This document shows, one piece after another, positions 34,403 through 37,686 of a stretch of DNA of 37,686 nucleotides. This DNA is from a virus (Duplodnaviria > Caudoviricetes), in the IMG/VR virus record IMGVR_UViG_3300028585_000049, positions 1 through 37,686 of that record; one strand, 5' to 3'. The notes below the pieces were generated by a model that was given only the letters and a program-made list of their open reading frames with translations, made no database searches and was not told where the DNA came from. A program made the position numbers and the translations under genes. How positions within the stretch are numbered: the stretch's first letter is position 1; every line of letters starts with the position of its first letter.

Positions 34403-35540
34403 CCGAACACGGCGCCGGTTCCTTCCCGAATACGTCAGCAGCTTCAAGGATCGGCACGGCAAGGAGCGGCTACGCTTCCGCCGCAAGGGTTTCGGGGGCG
34501 GCTATTTCAAGTCGGCCCTCGGCACCGAGGATTTCCGCACCGAGTATCGCGCTTTCATGGATGCCAGCGAGACGGTCGCAGTCGCAGTCGACCGTGCCGT
34601 TCCGGGCACAATCGCTGACCTCGTCGCGCGCTACTTCGCGACCCCAACGCGCCTTGGCCCCACCGTGACCACCCAGAGCAAGGTCCGCAGCATCGTCGGC
34701 CGGTTCAGTGAGGAATACGGCAAGCTGCCAGTTGCCCGCGTTGGGTTCGAGCACATCGACGCGATCGTGATGGCGAAGATGCAGCAGAAGATGGTGCAGA
34801 CCTCGCGCGGCCTGCGCCCGATCGGCGGGCCGGTCGCAGCCGGCAAGCTGCGCAAGGAACTGGTGCGGCTATTCAATTTCGCCGTGAAGCTCCGCATGAT
34901 TCCGACCAACCCAGTTTTGCTGGCGGATCATGTCAAGCTATCGGTCGAGCAGCGATCTGCCGGCTATCATACGTGGACCGAAGACGAGATTGATCAGTAT
35001 CGCGCACGCCACCAGCTTGGCACCAATGCCCGTCTAGCGCTCGAACTCCTGCTATGGACCGGCCAGCGCCGCAGCGACGCGATCCGCATGGGTCGACAGC
35101 ACATCGTCGACGGGCGGATCAAGGTTGTACAGGACAAGACAGGGAAGGTCCTATGGATCGCGGTCGCGCCCCAGCTACTTGAGGCGATCGTCGCGATGCC
35201 CGCCGCCAAGAACCATCTGTGCTTCCTGATCAACGAACAGGGGCGTCCGTTCACGCGAGCGGGTTTCGGCAACTGGTTCCGCGATAAGTGCGACGCGGCC
35301 GGGCTCCCACAATGCACGGCGCACGGACTGCGCAAGGCGATCATGCGGCGCATGGCCGAACTCAACCAGGGCAACCAAACCATGAAGGCAGTGTCCGGCC
35401 ATAGGAAGGATGAGGAAGTCGCTCGCTACACTGAAGCGGCCAACCAGCGCAGCATGGCAGACGACGCAATCGGCATCCTCGCGCGCTGGGAGAAGGAAAG
35501 GTCGCGCGATGAAACTGCGGTTCGTGACATCGTTTCCTGA
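34389..35540 (+). CDS. int: Tyrosine integrase
   Basis: TGQRRSD (R), QDKTG (K), HGLRK (HxxR), SGH, VARYT (Y); N-terminal arm-binding-like domain. Confidence 0.96.
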   Translation: MAKPDRTRRRFLPEYVSSFKDRHGKERLRFRRKGFGGGYFKSALGTEDFRTEYRAFMDASETVAVAVDRAVPGTIADLVARYFATPTRLGPTVTTQSKVRSIVGRFSEEYGKLPVARVGFEHIDAIVMAKMQQKMVQTSRGLRPIGGPVAAGKLRKELVRLFNFAVKLRMIPTNPVLLADHVKLSVEQRSAGYHTWTEDEIDQYRARHQLGTNARLALELLLWTGQRRSDAIRMGRQHIVDGRIKVVQDKTGKVLWIAVAPQLLEAIVAMPAAKNHLCFLINEQGRPFTRAGFGNWFRDKCDAAGLPQCTAHGLRKAIMRRMAELNQGNQTMKAVSGHRKDEEVARYTEAANQRSMADDAIGILARWEKERSRDETAVRDIVS

Positions 35541-35976
35541 TCGGCATGGGATAGTCAGGTATCGGTTTCGGCGAAAGGGCCTCCCGAGCCACTATTTCGT
35601 AGCGTCGCCAGGAACGGCTGCCTTTCGGATAGAGTACGATCGCTGCCTCGCCGGCGATAAGCCGCCAACGCGCTACGAGCTCCCGGTCGAAGATCGGCGC
35701 CGTAGATCGCGGAAGCTGAAAGAAGTGGTGTATTTCATCGGCGCAGAGGCCGGACCGATAAAGATTGGTGTATCATGCGATCCGGCCAAGCGGCTCCGGA
35801 CTCTTCAAACAGGGCATCCGGTACCGTTGATGTTGCTGGCGGTCGTGCCAGGCGGCGTCGGGGTGGAACGTGCTCTGCACCGCAAATTCTCGAACCTGCG
35901 CGTGAGGGGAGAATGGTTCGCTCGATCGCCCGAATTGATCGCAGAAATCGACAACGCGGGGCTGTTGAATGTCTAA
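35509..35976 (+). CDS. Fusion protein: integrase arm-binding-like domain + GIY-YIG (T5orf172/MUG113-type) nuclease domain, 155 aa
   Basis: The N-terminus aligns without gaps to the Int N-terminus; the C-terminus has VYFIG ... IKIG ... KRL ... LQTG ... ERALH ... GEWF; AGGA SD before the ATG at 35509. Confidence 0.85.
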   Translation: MKLRFVTSFPDRHGIVRYRFRRKGLPSHYFVASPGTAAFRIEYDRCLAGDKPPTRYELPVEDRRRRSRKLKEVVYFIGAEAGPIKIGVSCDPAKRLRTLQTGHPVPLMLLAVVPGGVGVERALHRKFSNLRVRGEWFARSPELIAEIDNAGLLNV

Positions 35977-36040
35977 CTAGGCAAGAGGTTAAAGGCTAAC
36001 CCTGCCTAAGTCATTGTTTCTCCAAGGTTTTTTCGGTAGA
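35971..36040. other. Phage-side att arm region
   Basis: CTAA(C/G) motifs, imperfect inverted repeat TAGGCA...TGCCTA, IHF-like TAAGTCATTGTTT at 36007-36019. Confidence 0.5.
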
Positions 36041-36117
36041 TGGCGCGCCCGGAGGGAGTCGAACCCCCGACCGAGGAGGTAGAAGCTCCTTGCTCTATCC
36101 AACTGAGCTACGGGCGC
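36041..36117 (-). tRNA. tRNA-Arg(UCU), prophage integration target
   Basis: Cloverleaf: GCGCCCG acceptor stem, GCTC/GAGC D-stem, AGGAG-CTTCTAC-CTCCT anticodon arm, TTCGACT T-loop, encoded CCA. Confidence 0.95.
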
Positions 36118-36175
36118 GCACGGCCACCGATTAGCGCGCATTGCGCGGGCTTGGAACCATGATCATAACCCGGCG

Positions 36176-36925
36176 ATGAATATCGTCGAAAACGATCCCC
36201 CCGCACCCGTCGCGGCGCATGCGGTACAGGGTGGCCGGTTCCGCTATTTCGACTTCGTGATGGCGGCATTCGTCACCATCCTGCTGTTGTCGAACGTCAT
36301 CGGGGCGGGCAAGCGCGCGGTCATCGATCTGCCGCTGGTCGGGGTCTGGCCGTTCGGGTCAGGGATCCTGTTCTTCCCCGTCAGCTACGTGCTCGGCGAC
36401 ATCCTGACCGAGGTGTACGGCTACGCCCATGCACGCCGCTGCATCTGGGCGGGGTTCGGCGCGATGCTGTTCATGGTCGTGATGTCCGCGGTCGTGGTTG
36501 CGTTGCCGCCCGATGCCGGGTGGACCGGGCAGGCCGCCTATGAGTCGGTCTTCGGGCAGGTTCCTCGGATCGTGTTCGCGTCGATCGCCGCCTTCTGGGT
36601 CGGGGAGTTCGCGAACAGCTTCGTGCTCGCGCGGATGAAGATCTGGACGGGAGGCCGCATGCTCTGGACGCGCACGATCGGCAGCACGATCGTCGGCCAG
36701 GCGTTCGACAGCCTGATCTTCTATCCGCTCGCCTTTTACGGCGCGCCCGACTGGCCGGTCGAGGCGATGCTGCTGGTGATGGTCAGCCAGTTCGCGCTGA
36801 AGGTGTCGTGGGAGGTGCTGCTGACCCCGCTGACCTATCTCGCGGTGGGATGGCTCAAGCGCCGCGAGGGGGTCGACGTCTATGACGAAGGGACGGACTT
36901 CTCGCCGTTCCGCACGCGGGTTTGA
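36176..36925 (+). CDS. yhhQ: Queuosine precursor transporter (YhhQ/Vut_1 family)
   Basis: LLSNV, FPVSYVLGDILTEVYGY, RTIGSTIVGQAFDS; multiple TM segments. Confidence 0.92.
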   Translation: MNIVENDPPAPVAAHAVQGGRFRYFDFVMAAFVTILLLSNVIGAGKRAVIDLPLVGVWPFGSGILFFPVSYVLGDILTEVYGYAHARRCIWAGFGAMLFMVVMSAVVVALPPDAGWTGQAAYESVFGQVPRIVFASIAAFWVGEFANSFVLARMKIWTGGRMLWTRTIGSTIVGQAFDSLIFYPLAFYGAPDWPVEAMLLVMVSQFALKVSWEVLLTPLTYLAVGWLKRREGVDVYDEGTDFSPFRTRV

Positions 36926-36929
36926 CAGT

Positions 36930-37014
36930 CCGTCATCCCAGCGGAGGCTGGGATCCAGGGCTACAAACGTTGCCGTTCTTGGTCCTGGATCCTGGGTCGA
37001 GCCCAGGATGACGG
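36930..37014. repeat. REP-like palindromic intergenic repeat of the host
   Basis: CCGTCATCCCAGCGGAGGCTGGGATCCAGG ... CCTGGATCCTGGGTCGAGCCCAGGATGACGG nested inverted repeats between convergent genes. Confidence 0.75.
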
Positions 37015-37030
37015 TCTATGCGCTGACGGG

Positions 37031-37686
37031 TTAGGCGCTGACGGCTTCCATCAGGCCTTCGAACAGGCGACGACCATCGGTGCCGCCGTGCGCGGCTTCG
37101 ATGCGGCGTTCGGGGTGCGGCATCATGCCGAGCACGTTGCCCTTTTCGTTGAGCAGGCCCGCGATGTTGCGCGCCGAGCCGTTGACGCTTTCGGCATAGC
37201 GGAACGCGACGCGGCCTTCGCCTTCGAGGCGGTCGAGCGTCTCGGTGTCAGCGAAGTAATTGCCATCGTGGTGCGCGACGGGGAAGGAGACGCGCTCGCC
37301 CGCCTTGTAGCCCGAGGTGAAGCGCGACTGCGCGGTCTCGACGGTCAGCGCCACGTCGCGGCAGACGAAGTTCAGCCCCTCGTTGCGCATCAGCGCACCG
37401 GGAAGCAGCCCCGCTTCGGTCAGCACCTGGAAGCCGTTGCAGATGCCGAGCACGGGCAGGCCCTTGCCCGCCTGCTCGACGACCGCGCGCATGATCGGCG
37501 AGCGTGCGGCGATCGCGCCCGAGCGCAGATAGTCGCCGTAGGAGAAGCCACCGGGCACTGCGACCAGCCCGACATCCGCGGGGAGGTCCGCGTCACCGTG
37601 CCAGACCATCAGCGGCTTGACGCCGGTCACTTCCTCCAGCGCGACGGCGATGTCGCGGTCGCAGTTGGAGCCTGGGAACACGATGA
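37031..37686 (-). CDS. purQ: Phosphoribosylformylglycinamidine synthase glutaminase subunit (start lies beyond the window edge)
   Basis: [25 protein letters not shown] and MMPHPER. Confidence 0.97.
   Translation of the reverse strand, partial: IVFPGSNCDRDIAVALEEVTGVKPLMVWHGDADLPADVGLVAVPGGFSYGDYLRSGAIAARSPIMRAVVEQAGKGLPVLGICNGFQVLTEAGLLPGALMRNEGLNFVCRDVALTVETAQSRFTSGYKAGERVSFPVAHHDGNYFADTETLDRLEGEGRVAFRYAESVNGSARNIAGLLNEKGNVLGMMPHPERRIEAAHGGTDGRRLFEGLMEAVSA

Larger units (their letters stand above)
1..36040. mobile_element. Integrated temperate prophage (HK97-like head, non-contractile tail), left end outside window
   Basis: Integrase abuts the 3' end of a tRNA gene; immunity, replication, packaging, head and tail modules occur in lambdoid order; host housekeeping genes resume after the tRNA. 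Confidence 0.97.

Noticed and set aside
35410-35508. Upstream start for the nuclease fusion, or a frameshifted Int-nuclease read-through
   Set aside because: Int ends normally after its catalytic Tyr; ATG 35509 has its own SD and begins exactly at the duplicated domain; no slippery site noticed
36041-36117. tRNA read as a CUA amber suppressor that could rescue TerL
   Set aside because: The 5-bp stem and 7-nt loop CTTCTAC place TCT at 34-36 (Arg); the TerL stop is TAA, not TAG
36176-36925. Phage-carried queuosine/7-deazaguanine modification gene
   Set aside because: It lies on the host side of the tRNA/att boundary; no dpdA, queC, queD, queE or folE in the prophage part shown

Overview
About 36 kb of this window (1 to ~36040) is a temperate, HK97-like siphovirus prophage in a GC-rich alphaproteobacterial host (Sphingomonas-like by inference). 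It is integrated at the 3' end of a tRNA-Arg(UCU) gene, and its left end (the rest of the lysis region and the second att site) lies outside the window. The minus strand carries cro, a CII-like gene, HTH genes, a GapR-like gene, ssb, a PrimPol/SF3 primase-helicase with an iteron-like origin, a late regulator, HNH, terminase, portal, an S49 protease, capsid, neck, tail, tape measure and one large tail tip/fibre gene. The plus strand carries the S24-type CI repressor, a coupled early operon, an excisionase-like gene and a tyrosine integrase. Host genes follow the tRNA: a queuosine-precursor transporter, a REP-like palindrome and a 5'-truncated purQ. Most notable observations: (1) a gene next to att that fuses a copy of the integrase's own N-terminal arm-binding-like domain to a GIY-YIG (T5orf172/MUG113-type) nuclease domain; (2) a three-hairpin RNA element with complementary loops that covers the ribosome-binding site of the tail chaperone; (3) a LexA-box-controlled gene transcribed antisense into cI; (4) a single in-frame TAA splitting the terminase large subunit; (5) an inverted moron whose antisense ORF is ATGA-coupled at both ends. 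All family calls come from motif recognition by eye; no searches were run.
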